Assembly: GCA_017853315.1 (NCBI GenBank)
Contig: JAFMJW010000005.1
Coordinates: 1-52,170, forward strand
Origin: Alphaproteobacteria bacterium
GTDB taxonomy: Bacteria; Desulfobacterota; Binatia; UBA12015
DNA length: 52,170 nt
Reading direction: 5' to 3'
Positions 9,317-21,409 of this stretch are shown here, one piece after another. The translations under genes and the position numbers were made by a program. The first letter of the stretch is position 1, and every line of letters begins with the position of its first letter. The notes below the pieces were generated by a model. That model was not told where the DNA came from and made no database searches. It saw only the letters and a list, made by a program, of their open reading frames with translations.

Positions 9317-10057
9317 GTGCCGGGCCTCGGTTGGAGTTTCCTCGGGTGCGTCGACTACGGGGCCGCGAGGCGCCTGCAGGAACGACTCGCCGAGCAGCGC
9401 AGGGCGGGACGGATCGGCGACCTCCTGCTCCTGCTCGAGCACCCGCCGGTCGTGACGATCGGACGCAACGCGCGCGACCCGTTCGGCGAGGAGGACGCCG
9501 GTTCCTCGGCCGTGCCGCGCATCCGGGTCGACCGCGGAGGTGCCGCCACCTACCACGGCCCCGGACAGCTCGTCGTCTACCCGGTCGTCGAGCTGCGCTC
9601 GGCCGGCCGCGGGGTACGCCGCTTCGTCGACGACCTCGAAGAGACGCTCTGCGCCGTCGCGCGGGAGTTCGGGGTGGAGGCGTTTCGTCGCGCGGGCTTC
9701 CCGGGCGCCTGGGTCGAGGGCTCGCCCGCCCGCAAGCTCGGGTCGGTCGGCATCGGGGTGCGCCGCGGCGTGAGCCTGCACGGCGCCTCGCTCAACGTCT
9801 CCCGCGCGAGTGCGCGCGGCTTCGACGGCTTCGATCCGTGCGGGCTTCCGGGAGTCGTGGCGACGAGCCTCGAGGACGAGGCGCCGAACTGGGTGCCCGG
9901 GCTCGGGCGCGTCGCGGAGAGCTTCGTCGACGGCTGGGCGCGGATCACGGGCGACCCGCGGCCCGAGCGGGTGGCGATCGAGATCGGGAGTCCGGAGGCG
10001 GGACTCGCCGCGGCCCCGCACGCGGCCGGGGGGGACGAGGTGCCGTCGTGGACGTGA
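9317..10057 (+). CDS. lipB: Lipoyl(octanoyl) transferase LipB
   Basis: LLLLEHPPVVTIGR, DRGGAATYHGPGQLVVYP, RKLGSVGI, HGASLNV, FDPCGL. Confidence 0.93.
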   Translation: MPGLGWSFLGCVDYGAARRLQERLAEQRRAGRIGDLLLLLEHPPVVTIGRNARDPFGEEDAGSSAVPRIRVDRGGAATYHGPGQLVVYPVVELRSAGRGVRRFVDDLEETLCAVAREFGVEAFRRAGFPGAWVEGSPARKLGSVGIGVRRGVSLHGASLNVSRASARGFDGFDPCGLPGVVATSLEDEAPNWVPGLGRVAESFVDGWARITGDPRPERVAIEIGSPEAGLAAAPHAAGGDEVPSWT

Positions 10058-11025
10058 AGCCGCTGCTCGACCGATTCGCCGGTCACGACCGCCGTGCGCT
10101 CGCCCGGCTGATCACGCTCGTCGAGAGCCGTTCCCCGGAAGTGCCCGCGATCATGCGGGAGATCTACCCGCGAACCGGGCGCGCGACGGTGGTCGGCATC
10201 ACGGGCCCGCCGGGCGCGGGCAAGTCGACGCTCGTCGACCGCGTCATCGCGCACCTGCGAGCCGCGGGGCGCAAGGTGGGGGTCGTCGCGATCGACCCGT
10301 CGAGCCCGTTCTCGGGTGGAGCGGTGCTGGGCGACCGGGTGCGCATGCAGCAGCACTTCCTCGACGAGGGCGTGTTCATCCGCAGCCTCTCGACCCGCGG
10401 CCGCCACGGCGGGCTCGCCCGCGCGACCCGCGAGGTCGTCCACCTGCTCGACGCCTTCGGGCACGACGTGGTGCTGGTCGAGACGGTGGGCGTCGGACAG
10501 ACCGAGCTCGACATCATGAAGCTCGCCCAGACCACCTGCGTCGTGCTCGTCCCCGAGGCGGGTGACACGATCCAGGTGATGAAGGCCGGGCTGCTCGAAA
10601 TCGCCAACGTCTTCGTCGTGAACAAGGCCGACCGCGACGGCGCGCGCCGGCTGAAGAACGAGCTCGAGGTCATGCTGCAGCTGCGACCGGCGGCCGACTG
10701 GAACGTGCCGGTGCTGCTCACCGAGGCGACCGCGGACAAGGGCATCGAGGAGCTGTGGACGCGCATCGCCGAGCACGGCGTCGCGAGGCGGGCCGCGCGC
10801 GGCGACGAGGAGCAGGGGCGCGAGCGCTTCGAGGAATGGGGCGAGATCCTGCGCGACGAGGTCGCCGAACGCATCGACCGCTCGCTCGCGCAACCGGACC
10901 TCCTGCCGCTCGGCGAGCGGGTGCGCGCCGGCGCGGTCGATCCCTACACCGCGGCGCTCGACGTCCTCGGCGATGCGGAACTGCTCGCGAGGATGCTCGG
11001 GGACCGGAGGGCCGGCGGACGATGA
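10048..11025 (+). CDS. meaB: Methylmalonyl-CoA mutase-associated GTPase MeaB (ArgK family)
   Basis: RRALARLITLVE, GITGPPGAGKST, AIDPSSPFSGGAVLGDRVRM, ETVGVGQTE, GDTIQVMKAG, VNKAD. Confidence 0.93.
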   Translation: MDVKPLLDRFAGHDRRALARLITLVESRSPEVPAIMREIYPRTGRATVVGITGPPGAGKSTLVDRVIAHLRAAGRKVGVVAIDPSSPFSGGAVLGDRVRMQQHFLDEGVFIRSLSTRGRHGGLARATREVVHLLDAFGHDVVLVETVGVGQTELDIMKLAQTTCVVLVPEAGDTIQVMKAGLLEIANVFVVNKADRDGARRLKNELEVMLQLRPAADWNVPVLLTEATADKGIEELWTRIAEHGVARRAARGDEEQGRERFEEWGEILRDEVAERIDRSLAQPDLLPLGERVRAGAVDPYTAALDVLGDAELLARMLGDRRAGGR

Positions 11026-11783
11026 GGCCGTGGGGCGGCGGCCTGCCGACGAGCGCGGACGGCGGCCGGCTGCTCTGCATCGGCGACGTCCACGGGTGCG
11101 CCTCGGAGCTCGACGTGCTGCTTCGCCACGTCGACGCCGACGTCGGCGACCGGCTGGTCTTCCTCGGCGACTACGTCGACCGCGGGCCGCAGTCGCTCGA
11201 CTGCGTGCGGATCGTGCTCGAGATGAAGCGCGCGATGCCCCGGACCGTGCTGCTGCGCGGCAACCACGAGGAGATGTTCCTCGACTTCCTCGGCATGGGC
11301 GGGGCCCATGGGCGCGCGTTCCTCGGCAACGGCGGGATGCAGACGCTGCGCAGCTTCGGGCTCGACGGGCCGCTCGGCACGAATCCGCCCGCGGCGGAGG
11401 CGGCGGTGCGCGAGGAGCTCGAGTTCCTGCGCGACGAGCTCGTCCTCCAATTCGCCGAGGGCGGGGCAGTGTTCGTCCACGCCGGTCTCCGACCCGGCGT
11501 CCCGCTCGCCGAGCAGGTCGCGGACGACCTGTTGTGGATCCGCGAGGAGTTCCTGCTCGCCGACCCCGGGCTGCCGTGGCTCGTGGTCTTCGGCCACACC
11601 CCCTACCGCGACGGGCCGCTCTTCGATGCGCCGCGCAAGGTCGGGCTCGACACGGGGTGCGTCTACGGCGGCCACCTGAGCTGCCTCGACCTGACCGAAG
11701 GGCTCCTCCACCAGGTGCGCAAGGGCGACCGGCGCGCGAAGACGATCGACGTGACCCGCAGGCTCGAGGGCCTCGCGGCCTGA
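11022..11783 (+). CDS. Calcineurin-like metallophosphoesterase (PrpA/ApaH-like Ser/Thr phosphatase)
   Basis: IGDVHG, LGDYVDRGP, LRGNHE, FVHAG, LLWIRE, FGHTP, LDTGCVYGGHL; ATGA-coupled to meaB. Confidence 0.9.
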   Translation: MRPWGGGLPTSADGGRLLCIGDVHGCASELDVLLRHVDADVGDRLVFLGDYVDRGPQSLDCVRIVLEMKRAMPRTVLLRGNHEEMFLDFLGMGGAHGRAFLGNGGMQTLRSFGLDGPLGTNPPAAEAAVREELEFLRDELVLQFAEGGAVFVHAGLRPGVPLAEQVADDLLWIREEFLLADPGLPWLVVFGHTPYRDGPLFDAPRKVGLDTGCVYGGHLSCLDLTEGLLHQVRKGDRRAKTIDVTRRLEGLAA

Positions 11784-11870
11784 GGCCGCCCGGGGATGCG
11801 TCGTCGCGTGTCGCTCCGGGCATCGACAACGCGGGAGCCCGTTGCTACGGCCTCCCGTCGTTCCCGGATC

Positions 11871-11945
11871 GGCGGCGTAGCTCAGGTGGTAGAGCAGGGG
11901 TCTCATAATCCCCGCGTCGGAAGTTCGAGTCTTCCCGCCGCCACC
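11871..11945 (+). tRNA. tRNA with CAT anticodon, most likely elongator tRNA-Met; CCA not fully encoded
   Basis: GGCGGCG acceptor pairs with CGCCGCC; D arm GCTC/GAGC; anticodon loop CTCATAA; T arm GGAAG-TTCGAGT-CTTCC. G1-C72 pairing argues against initiator; G4/G5 argues against Ile2. Confidence 0.92.
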
Positions 11946-11975
11946 TCCTCACCCTCCGCGCGCGAGGCGCGCTTC

Positions 11976-13331
11976 ACGGCCCGCATCGAAGGGCGCGTTG
12001 CCCGCGCTCTTGCCCGCGCCTGCGGGGTCGGCCCGGGCGATCCCGTCGTGCTCGCGCTCTCCGGCGGTCCCGACTCGGCGACCCTCCTGGCGCTCCTGGT
12101 CGCGATCCGGGGCCGCGACTCCGGTTCGGCCCCCGTCGTCGCGGCGCACCTGAACCACCGGTTGCGGGGTGCGGCGAGCGACCGGGACGCCCTGTTCGCG
12201 GCCGCCACCGCGCGCGCATCCGGGGTCGCGTGCGTGGTGGGCGAGCCCGCGGACCCGATCGGCACGGCCGGGAACCTCGAGGCCGGGGCGCGAGAGGAGC
12301 GTTACACGTTCCTGTGCCGGGTCGCGCAGGCGGTCGGGGCCCGCACCTGCGTCGCGCACACCCGCGACGACCAGGCGGAGACCGTGCTGCTGAGGCTCGC
12401 GCGCGGTGCGGGCGCTCGCGGGCTCGCTGCCATGGCGGCCAGACGCGACGACGGCGTGGTGCGGCCGCTGCTCGACGTGTCGCGCGAAGACCTGCGGCGC
12501 TACGCGGGCCTGCGCGCGGTCGCGTCGGTCGTGGACGTGACGAACGAGGATGCTCGAAGGCTTCGCAGCCGGGTGCGGCACGAGGTGCTGCCGGGCCTCT
12601 CGCTCGCGCTCGGCGTCGACGCGACGGAGCGGCTCGCGCGTCTCGCAGACGAGTTGCGCGTCGAGTCGACGCTCGCGGAGATCGGCGTGGCTTCGCTTCT
12701 CGACGCGCTCGCCTCGCCGACGCGGCTTCCGGTGGCACTCCTCGCCTCGGACGATGCGTCGGGGCGCGTCGTGCACTCCTGGCTCGTGCGCGCGGGGCTC
12801 CGGCCGACCCGGGCGCAGGTGCAGGCGGTGGTGGCCGTCGCACGCTCCGGGCGTCCCGGGGGCCGGGTCGATCTCGCGGGCGGCGCCCGGGTCGAGCGGC
12901 GCTACGGGGAGGTCGTGGTGACGACATCGGCTCGGGCCGCGCGGCCCGACTGGGGCGCGGTCGAGTTGCCGGTCCCCGGTGGGGTGCGGGCCGGAGGCCG
13001 CTGGTGGATCGAGTCGCGGATCGAGCCGGAGGGTTTCGACCCGGCGGGCGGGGGCGACGACCCGTTTCGAGTCGTCCTGTCTTCCGGGGACGCCCGGCTG
13101 CCGCTCCGGGTCCGCCCGCCCCGCCCGGGGGACCGGATGCGGCTGTCCCGGGGCGGGCGCAAGCTCTCGGACCTGCTCGTCGACGCCAAGGTGCCCCGCT
13201 CGGCGAGGTCCGGACTCGCACTGGTCGTGGATGCCGAGGACGCCGTGCTCTGGGTCCCCGGTGTGCCGGGAGCCGTCCGGGGCGGCCGTCGCGCGCGCGG
13301 CGACCTCGGCCTCGTCGCGCGCCTCGACTGA
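11976..13331 (+). CDS. tilS: tRNA(Ile)-lysidine synthetase TilS (start uncertain; first canonical start after the tRNA is GTG 12048)
   Basis: [11 protein letters not shown]-loop, [54 protein letters not shown]-terminal RPGDR...[17 protein letters not shown]. Confidence 0.92.
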   Translation, partial: TARIEGRVARALARACGVGPGDPVVLALSGGPDSATLLALLVAIRGRDSGSAPVVAAHLNHRLRGAASDRDALFAAATARASGVACVVGEPADPIGTAGNLEAGAREERYTFLCRVAQAVGARTCVAHTRDDQAETVLLRLARGAGARGLAAMAARRDDGVVRPLLDVSREDLRRYAGLRAVASVVDVTNEDARRLRSRVRHEVLPGLSLALGVDATERLARLADELRVESTLAEIGVASLLDALASPTRLPVALLASDDASGRVVHSWLVRAGLRPTRAQVQAVVAVARSGRPGGRVDLAGGARVERRYGEVVVTTSARAARPDWGAVELPVPGGVRAGGRWWIESRIEPEGFDPAGGGDDPFRVVLSSGDARLPLRVRPPRPGDRMRLSRGGRKLSDLLVDAKVPRSARSGLALVVDAEDAVLWVPGVPGAVRGGRRARGDLGLVARLD

Positions 13332-13461
13332 GCGCGGCGGGAGACGGCTCGGCCGCATCGCGTCGGGGCGAGACGGCAGTTCCGCAATTGCCGGTCTCGG
13401 GGGGCCGTGGTACTCGGAAGGGGTTCGTCGCCGACGGGTGCCTCCCTTGCAGAGATCAGGA

Positions 13462-15282
<1,821 letters not shown>

Positions 15283-15350
15283 CCGCGGGCCGCGCCCGGC
15301 TCCGGCTTCCCGGGTTGCGATCGGGGGGCCGTTCCTGCACCACGGAAAAC

Positions 15351-16097
15351 GTGGACGTCTTCGGGCAGGTTCGGATCGCCGACGTCGCCGACATCCTGAT
15401 CGTCGCCGTCCTGGTCTACGCGATCATCAACCTGATCCGGGGCACCCGCGCCGTCCAGATGCTGGTCGGCCTCGCCGTGCTGGGCGGGATGTACCTGCTC
15501 GCCCAGTCCTTCGAACTCTACACCCTCTCCTGGATCCTGCGGGCCTTCCTCGGCTCGTTCTTCCTGCTGGTCGTCGTCCTCTTCCAGGACGACATCCGCC
15601 GGGTGCTCACGCGGGTCGGTCGCGCCCGGCTCTTCGGCGGCGACCGCGGGGCGCAGGCGGTCGTGATCGACGAGATCGCCAAGGCGGCGACCGAGCTCGC
15701 GGGCAAGCGGATCGGTGCGCTGATCGTGCTCGAGCGCGACGTCGGACTTTCCCCCTTCCTCGAGAGCGGGATCCCGGTCGACGCAGAGGTCAGCTGGGAG
15801 CTGCTCTGCTCGATCTTCCAGCCGCAGTCGCCCATGCACGACGGGGCGGCCATCGTCCGCAACGGGCGGCTCGCCGCCGCGGGCTGCTTCCTGCCGCTCA
15901 CCCACGACCCGACGGTGAGTCGCGCCTTCGGCAGCCGGCACCGCGCCGCGATCGGCATCTCGGAGGAGAGCGACGCCGCGGTCGTGGTCGTCTCCGAGGA
16001 ACAGGGTCGCATCTCGCTCGTGCACGAGGGCGAGATTCTCCGCAACTGCGATGCCGAGACCCTGCGCACCGGTCTCGAGAGATTCTCCCTCGCGTGA
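15351..16097 (+). CDS. cdaA: Diadenylate cyclase CdaA
   Basis: Three N-terminal TMs, [41 protein letters not shown]. Confidence 0.93.
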   Translation: MDVFGQVRIADVADILIVAVLVYAIINLIRGTRAVQMLVGLAVLGGMYLLAQSFELYTLSWILRAFLGSFFLLVVVLFQDDIRRVLTRVGRARLFGGDRGAQAVVIDEIAKAATELAGKRIGALIVLERDVGLSPFLESGIPVDAEVSWELLCSIFQPQSPMHDGAAIVRNGRLAAAGCFLPLTHDPTVSRAFGSRHRAAIGISEESDAAVVVVSEEQGRISLVHEGEILRNCDAETLRTGLERFSLA

Positions 16098-17122
16098 CGC
16101 CGGCCGGGGACCCGAAGGGGACGGATGCACGGAGCGGCGCTCCGCCTCCGGCGGCCCGAACGTCGGCCGCCCGCCCGCGCTCGTCGCCGTGGACGAACCT
16201 CGGACTCTGGGTGCTCTCGCTCGCGACCGCGACCGGTCTCTGGTTCTTCGTCAACACCGGCGACGGCACCGAGGACCGCACGATGCGGGTCAAGCTCGAG
16301 GCGAGGAACCTGCCGGCGGAGCTGGTCGTGACCAACGCGCTCACCGAGCACGTGGAGCTGCGGGTGAGCGGGCCCTCGGTGATCGTGGCCGCCATCGATC
16401 CGCGCCGGCTGAAGGGCGTCGTCGACCTCTCGAACGCGCAACCCCCGCGTGTCCGCGAGGGGCTCGGCGAGGCGAACTTCAGCCTGCCGCGCAAGGTCCA
16501 GGTGAAGCGGATCGTGCCGTCGTGGGCGATCTTCGACGTCGACCGCCTGGTGACGCGGACGGTCGCGGTCCGGCTCGAGCGCCGCGGCGATCCGCGGCCG
16601 GGGCAGCGCATCGGCGGCGTCGAGATCGTGCCCGAGCGGGTGACGGTGACGGGGCCCGCCCAGGTCGTCGAGGCCATGAAGGATCTCCCGACCCGGCCGG
16701 TCGAGCTCGGCTCCCTCGACGAGAGCGCGCAGCTCGAGGTCGAGCTCGAGACGAGCGGCGGCGTCGTCCGGGCGCAGCCCGCGAAGGTCCTCGTCCGCTT
16801 CGACGTGGAGACCGTCCACGAGGAGCGTCGCATCCCGCGCGTGGCGGTCGGGGCCGACGACGCGGGCGCCTGGAGCGCCTCGCCGGGGTCCGTCGCGGTG
16901 GTCGTGCGCGGCCCCCGGGAGTCGCTCGATCGACTGGCGCTCGACGACGGATCCGTCTACGTGGACGTCGGCGGACGCGCCCCCGGGACGTCGTTCCGCG
17001 CGCGCCCGCGGGTTCGGCTGCCCGAGGACGTCGAACTCGTGCGGGTCGAGCCCGACGAGGTGTCGGTTCAGCCGGCGCGCCCGCGAGGGAACGCCGGGGC
17101 CCGGGTGGAGAGACGACCGTGA
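16094..17122 (+). CDS. cdaR: CdaR (YbbR-domain) cyclase regulator
   Basis: N-terminal TM ([16 protein letters not shown]), repeated 'V.V.GP' YbbR domains, position between cdaA and glmM. Confidence 0.85.
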   Translation: MTPAGDPKGTDARSGAPPPAARTSAARPRSSPWTNLGLWVLSLATATGLWFFVNTGDGTEDRTMRVKLEARNLPAELVVTNALTEHVELRVSGPSVIVAAIDPRRLKGVVDLSNAQPPRVREGLGEANFSLPRKVQVKRIVPSWAIFDVDRLVTRTVAVRLERRGDPRPGQRIGGVEIVPERVTVTGPAQVVEAMKDLPTRPVELGSLDESAQLEVELETSGGVVRAQPAKVLVRFDVETVHEERRIPRVAVGADDAGAWSASPGSVAVVVRGPRESLDRLALDDGSVYVDVGGRAPGTSFRARPRVRLPEDVELVRVEPDEVSVQPARPRGNAGARVERRP

Positions 17123-18489
17123 GCGAAGGCGGCAGGAAGCGACGGCTGTTCGGCACCGACGGCGTGCGAGGCGTCGCGAACGAGGAGCCGATGACCTCGG
17201 AGACGGCGCTGCGGCTCGGCCGCGCGATCGCGCACGTCTTCCGCTCGAGCCCGAGGCGGCACAAGGTCCTGATCGGCAAGGACACCCGGGTGTCGGGCTA
17301 CATGCTCGAGACCGCGATGGCGTCGGGCGTGTGCTCGATGGGGGTGGACGTGCTCCTGGTCGGCCCGATGCCCACCCCCGGCATCGCGTTCCTCACCCGC
17401 AGCCTGCGAGCCGACGCGGGGGTCGTGATCTCGGCTTCCCACAACCCGTTCCAGGACAACGGGATCAAGTTCTTCGCCGCCAACGGCTTCAAGCTCCCCG
17501 ACGAGGTCGAGGCCGACATCGAGGACCTGGTCTTCGCCGACTCGATCGACCACCTCCGCCCGACCGCCTCGGAGGTCGGCAAGGCCTTCCGCATCGACGA
17601 CGCGCTCGGGCGCTACAACGTCTTCGCGAAGAACAGCTTTCCCCGGCACCTGGCGCTCGACGGCATGAAGGTCGTCGTCGACGCGGCGAACGGCGCCGGC
17701 TACCGCGTCGCGCCCGAGGTGATCGAAGAGCTCGGGGCGAGCGTGACGGCGCTCGCCTGCGAGCCCGACGGCGAGAACATCAACCGCGACTGCGGGGCGT
17801 TGCACCCGGGGCACCTGCAGGAACGGGTCCTGGCCACCGGGGCGCAGATCGGGATCGCTCTCGACGGCGACGCCGACCGCTGCCTGCTCGTCGACGAGCG
17901 CGGCGACCTGGTCGACGGCGACCAGATCCTCGCGATCGCGGCCCGCGAACTGGTGCGGGGCGAGGCGCTCGCCAAGCGGACGGTGGTCGCGACCGTCATG
18001 TCGAACCTCGGCCTCGAGATCGCGCTCCGGGAGCTCGGCTGCGAGCTGCTGCGCACGCCGGTCGGCGACCGCTACGTGGTCGAGACCATGGTCCGCCACG
18101 GGCTGAACCTCGGCGGCGAGCAGTCCGGCCACGTGCTCTTCCTCGACCACAACACGACCGGCGACGGGCTCGTGACGGCGCTCGCGATCCTCGCGATCAT
18201 GGCCGAGACCGGCCGCCCGCTCTCCGAGCTCGCCCGCGCGATGACGCGCTACCCGCAGGTCCTGGTGAACGTCCGGGTGCGCGAGCGACGCGACTTCGCG
18301 CGCGAGCCCGAGGTCGCGGGTGCGCTCGCCGACGTCGAGGCGGCCCTCGGCGGTCGCGGTCGCGTCCTGCTGCGGGCGTCGGGCACCGAGCCGCTCTACC
18401 GCGTCATGGTGGAGGGCGAGGACGAGGCCGAGGTGAAGCGCTTCGCGGAGGCGATCGCGGACACGATCCGCGCGGCCGACGGCTCGTGA
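17119..18489 (+). CDS. glmM: Phosphoglucosamine mutase GlmM
   Basis: [42 protein letters not shown]. Confidence 0.96.
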   Translation: MSEGGRKRRLFGTDGVRGVANEEPMTSETALRLGRAIAHVFRSSPRRHKVLIGKDTRVSGYMLETAMASGVCSMGVDVLLVGPMPTPGIAFLTRSLRADAGVVISASHNPFQDNGIKFFAANGFKLPDEVEADIEDLVFADSIDHLRPTASEVGKAFRIDDALGRYNVFAKNSFPRHLALDGMKVVVDAANGAGYRVAPEVIEELGASVTALACEPDGENINRDCGALHPGHLQERVLATGAQIGIALDGDADRCLLVDERGDLVDGDQILAIAARELVRGEALAKRTVVATVMSNLGLEIALRELGCELLRTPVGDRYVVETMVRHGLNLGGEQSGHVLFLDHNTTGDGLVTALAILAIMAETGRPLSELARAMTRYPQVLVNVRVRERRDFAREPEVAGALADVEAALGGRGRVLLRASGTEPLYRVMVEGEDEAEVKRFAEAIADTIRAADGS

Positions 18490-19238
18490 ACGCGGACCGC
18501 GTCGGCCGACGGGTGCTGCTCGGCGTGAACGTCGACCACGTGGCGACGCTCCGCCAGGCGCGGGGCACCAGCTTTCCCGACCCGGTCGAGGCCGCCCGTC
18601 TCGCGCTCGAGGCGGGGGCCGACGGGATCACCGTCCACCTGCGCGAGGACCGTCGGCACGTGCAGGAGCACGACGTCCGGCGCCTGCGCGCGACGGCGGG
18701 CTGCAAGCTGAACCTCGAGATGGCGGCGACCGACGAGATGGCGGCGTTCGCGCTCGACGTCCGTCCCGAGGACGTCTGCATCGTGCCGGAGCGGCGCGCG
18801 GAACTGACGACCGAGGGCGGGCTCGCGGTCGCGGGGAACGAGTCGACGCTCGCCCCGCTGGTCGGGCGTCTGGTCGACGCGGGCATCCGGGTGAGCCTGT
18901 TCGTCGACCCGGACCGCGGCCAGGTCGAGGCCTCGCGGGCGGTGGGGGCGCAGGTGGTGGAGCTGCACACCGGGCGGTGGTGCGACGCCTCGGGCGACGC
19001 CGCGGCCTCCGAGCTCCGGGCACTTCGCGAAGCCGCGGACGCGGCCGTGCGGCGAGGCCTCGTCGTGAACGCGGGACACGGTCTCACGACCGGGAACGTC
19101 GGCCCGATCGCGGCCCTGCCCGCGATGAACGAGCTCAACATCGGGCACTCGATCGTCGCGCGCGCGGTCTACGTCGGGATCGGCGAGGCGGTGCGGGAGA
19201 TGCGGCGGGCGATCGACCGGGCGCTCGCCGGAGAGTGA
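18486..19238 (+). CDS. pdxJ: Pyridoxine 5'-phosphate synthase PdxJ
   Basis: [54 protein letters not shown]. Confidence 0.96.
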   Translation: MNADRVGRRVLLGVNVDHVATLRQARGTSFPDPVEAARLALEAGADGITVHLREDRRHVQEHDVRRLRATAGCKLNLEMAATDEMAAFALDVRPEDVCIVPERRAELTTEGGLAVAGNESTLAPLVGRLVDAGIRVSLFVDPDRGQVEASRAVGAQVVELHTGRWCDASGDAAASELRALREAADAAVRRGLVVNAGHGLTTGNVGPIAALPAMNELNIGHSIVARAVYVGIGEAVREMRRAIDRALAGE

Positions 19239-19242
19239 GAGC

Positions 19243-20874
19243 GTGACGTCGCTCGACGAGGCCACGCCCGCGGGGCTTCCGGTCGTCACGACGGCGCAGG
19301 CGCGCGCGGCGGACCGACGCACGATCGAGCTCGGGACGCCCGGCCTGGAGCTCATGGAGCGGGCCGGCCGCGGGATCGCCGCGGAGATTCTCGGTCCGCT
19401 TCGCGCGCGTGCGGCGCGCGGCGTCGTCGTCGTGGCCGGCCGCGGCAACAACGGGGGCGACGGCTTCGTCGTGGCCCGGTTGCTTGCGGCGGCGGGATTT
19501 CGGGTCGAGGCGTGGCTTCTCGGGCCTCGCGAACGGGTGACCGGCGACGCGCGCGCGAATCTCGACCGCTGGCTCGCATCCGGGGGGCGCGTCGAGGAGC
19601 TCGGCGAGGCGCAGGGCCCGGCGGCGCTCGCGGCGCGGCTTCGCTCGGCAGGCGTCGTGGTCGACGCGGTCTTCGGGACCGGGCTGAACGCGGAGATCCG
19701 GGGGCCCGCGGCCCGCGTGATCGAGGCGATCGCGCTCGCCCGCCGGCCCTCCCGGGAGATGGCCGGGTCGGGGTCCTCGCCCGTCGTGCTGTCGGTCGAC
19801 CTCCCTTCCGGGCTCGACGGGGACACCGGCGAGCCGTGGGGAACCGCGGTATCGGCGGACGTCACCGTGACGCTCGGCGGGACCAAGCTCGGGCTCCTGC
19901 TCCCCGCCGCGCGCGCTCACGTCGGCCGCCTCGTCGAGGTCGACATCGGGCTCGCGCCGGAGGCGCTCGCAGCGATCGAGCCGCTCGCGCGTGCGGCCAC
20001 GCTCGAGATGGCGCGGGCGCTGCTGCCTGCGCGGCCGGTGTCGGGCCACAAGGGCTCGCACGGGCACGTCGTGGTCGTCGCCGGATCCGACGGCAAGGCC
20101 GGCGCGGCGGCGCTCGCGGGGCGGGCCGCGATCCGGGGCGGGTCGGGGCTCGTCACGATCGCGACGCCCGCGGCGGTGCGCGACCTGGTCGCAGGTCTCC
20201 TGCCGGAGGCGATGACCGAGGCGTGGCCGGCTGCGGGCGTCGACTTCGGGCCGCTGCTCGACGGCCGCGATGCCGTGGTGTGCGGGCCCGGGCTCGGGCG
20301 CGAGGCTGCCGCGGCCTCGGTCGCACGACGGCTCGCGAGCGCGGTCGCGCTCCCGCTCGTGCTCGACGCCGACGGGCTGAACGCGTTCGCGGGCGAGCCC
20401 GAGGCGCTGCGATCCGCGCCGGCTGCTCGCGTGCTCACGCCGCACCCCGGCGAGATGGCCCGACTCGCCGGCGTCTCGGTGGCCGACGTCCAGGCCGACC
20501 GGCTCGGCGCCGCGCGCGCGATGGCCGGCCGCTCGGGCGCCGTCGTCGTCCTGAAAGGGGCGGGAACCGTGGTGGCGCATCCCGACGGCCGAGCCTGCGT
20601 GAACACGACCGGCGGCGCGGTCCTCGGCACCGGGGGCACGGGCGACGTGCTCGCGGGGCTCGTCGGCGCGCTGCTCGCCCAGGGCGTCGAGGCCTTCTCC
20701 GCGGCGCGACTCGGGGTCTTTCTGCACGGGCTCGCCGGCGACCGGGTGGCCGGGCGGATCGGGGACGCGGGGCTTCTCGCCTCGGAGTTGGCCGACGAGA
20801 TTCCGCTCGCCCGGCGGGCGCTCCTCGCCCACTCGGGCGGCGAGCGGTGCGGGGCCCGGGAGGCGCTGTTATAG
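19243..20874 (+). CDS. nnr: Bifunctional NAD(P)H-hydrate epimerase/dehydratase Nnr
   Basis: LMERAG, GRGNNGGDG, VDAVFGTG, VDLPSG, HKGSHG, GPGLG, LDADGLN, LTPHPGEMARL, GGTGDVLAG. Confidence 0.94.
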   Translation: MTSLDEATPAGLPVVTTAQARAADRRTIELGTPGLELMERAGRGIAAEILGPLRARAARGVVVVAGRGNNGGDGFVVARLLAAAGFRVEAWLLGPRERVTGDARANLDRWLASGGRVEELGEAQGPAALAARLRSAGVVVDAVFGTGLNAEIRGPAARVIEAIALARRPSREMAGSGSSPVVLSVDLPSGLDGDTGEPWGTAVSADVTVTLGGTKLGLLLPAARAHVGRLVEVDIGLAPEALAAIEPLARAATLEMARALLPARPVSGHKGSHGHVVVVAGSDGKAGAAALAGRAAIRGGSGLVTIATPAAVRDLVAGLLPEAMTEAWPAAGVDFGPLLDGRDAVVCGPGLGREAAAASVARRLASAVALPLVLDADGLNAFAGEPEALRSAPAARVLTPHPGEMARLAGVSVADVQADRLGAARAMAGRSGAVVVLKGAGTVVAHPDGRACVNTTGGAVLGTGGTGDVLAGLVGALLAQGVEAFSAARLGVFLHGLAGDRVAGRIGDAGLLASELADEIPLARRALLAHSGGERCGAREALL

Positions 20875-20884
20875 CAGGGGAATC

Positions 20885-21409
20885 GTGAGATTCTGGAGCC
20901 ACGGCGAAGCCGACACGGAGGCCCTGGGCCGCCGCCTCGGCGAGCTCGCCTATCCCGGGATGGTGGTCTGCCTGAGCGGTCCGCTCGGGGCGGGCAAGAC
21001 CGCCTTCGTGCGGGGGCTCGCCTCCGGTCTCGGGATCGACGAGGCGCGGGTCCACAGCCCGAGCTTCGTCACCGCGATCGAGCACGAGGGGCGGCTCCGC
21101 CTCGCCCATCTCGACCTCTACCGCCACGAGGGCACGCTGCCGCCCGCGGACTGGCTCGCCGAGATGCTCGACGGCCCCGGCGTCGCCGCGGTCGAGTGGA
21201 GCGAGCGACTCGGCCCCGACGCCCCGGAGGACGCGCTCCGGGTGTCGATCGACTACGGCGCGTCCGGAGACGAGCGCCTCGTCACCGCGGAGGCCGGCGG
21301 CGAACGGTCGCGCCGTGCCCTCGACGCCTGGGCGCCCGGAGAGGACCGGCGCGAGGCGGGCCCGGTCGGCGAGACGGGCGCGGCGGCGGAGGACCGATGC
21401 GTCCGCTGA
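20885..21409 (+). CDS. tsaE: tRNA threonylcarbamoyladenosine biosynthesis ATPase TsaE
   Basis: LSGPLGAGKTAFVRG, VHSPSF, HLDLYR, VEWSE. Confidence 0.93.
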   Translation: MRFWSHGEADTEALGRRLGELAYPGMVVCLSGPLGAGKTAFVRGLASGLGIDEARVHSPSFVTAIEHEGRLRLAHLDLYRHEGTLPPADWLAEMLDGPGVAAVEWSERLGPDAPEDALRVSIDYGASGDERLVTAEAGGERSRRALDAWAPGEDRREAGPVGETGAAAEDRCVR

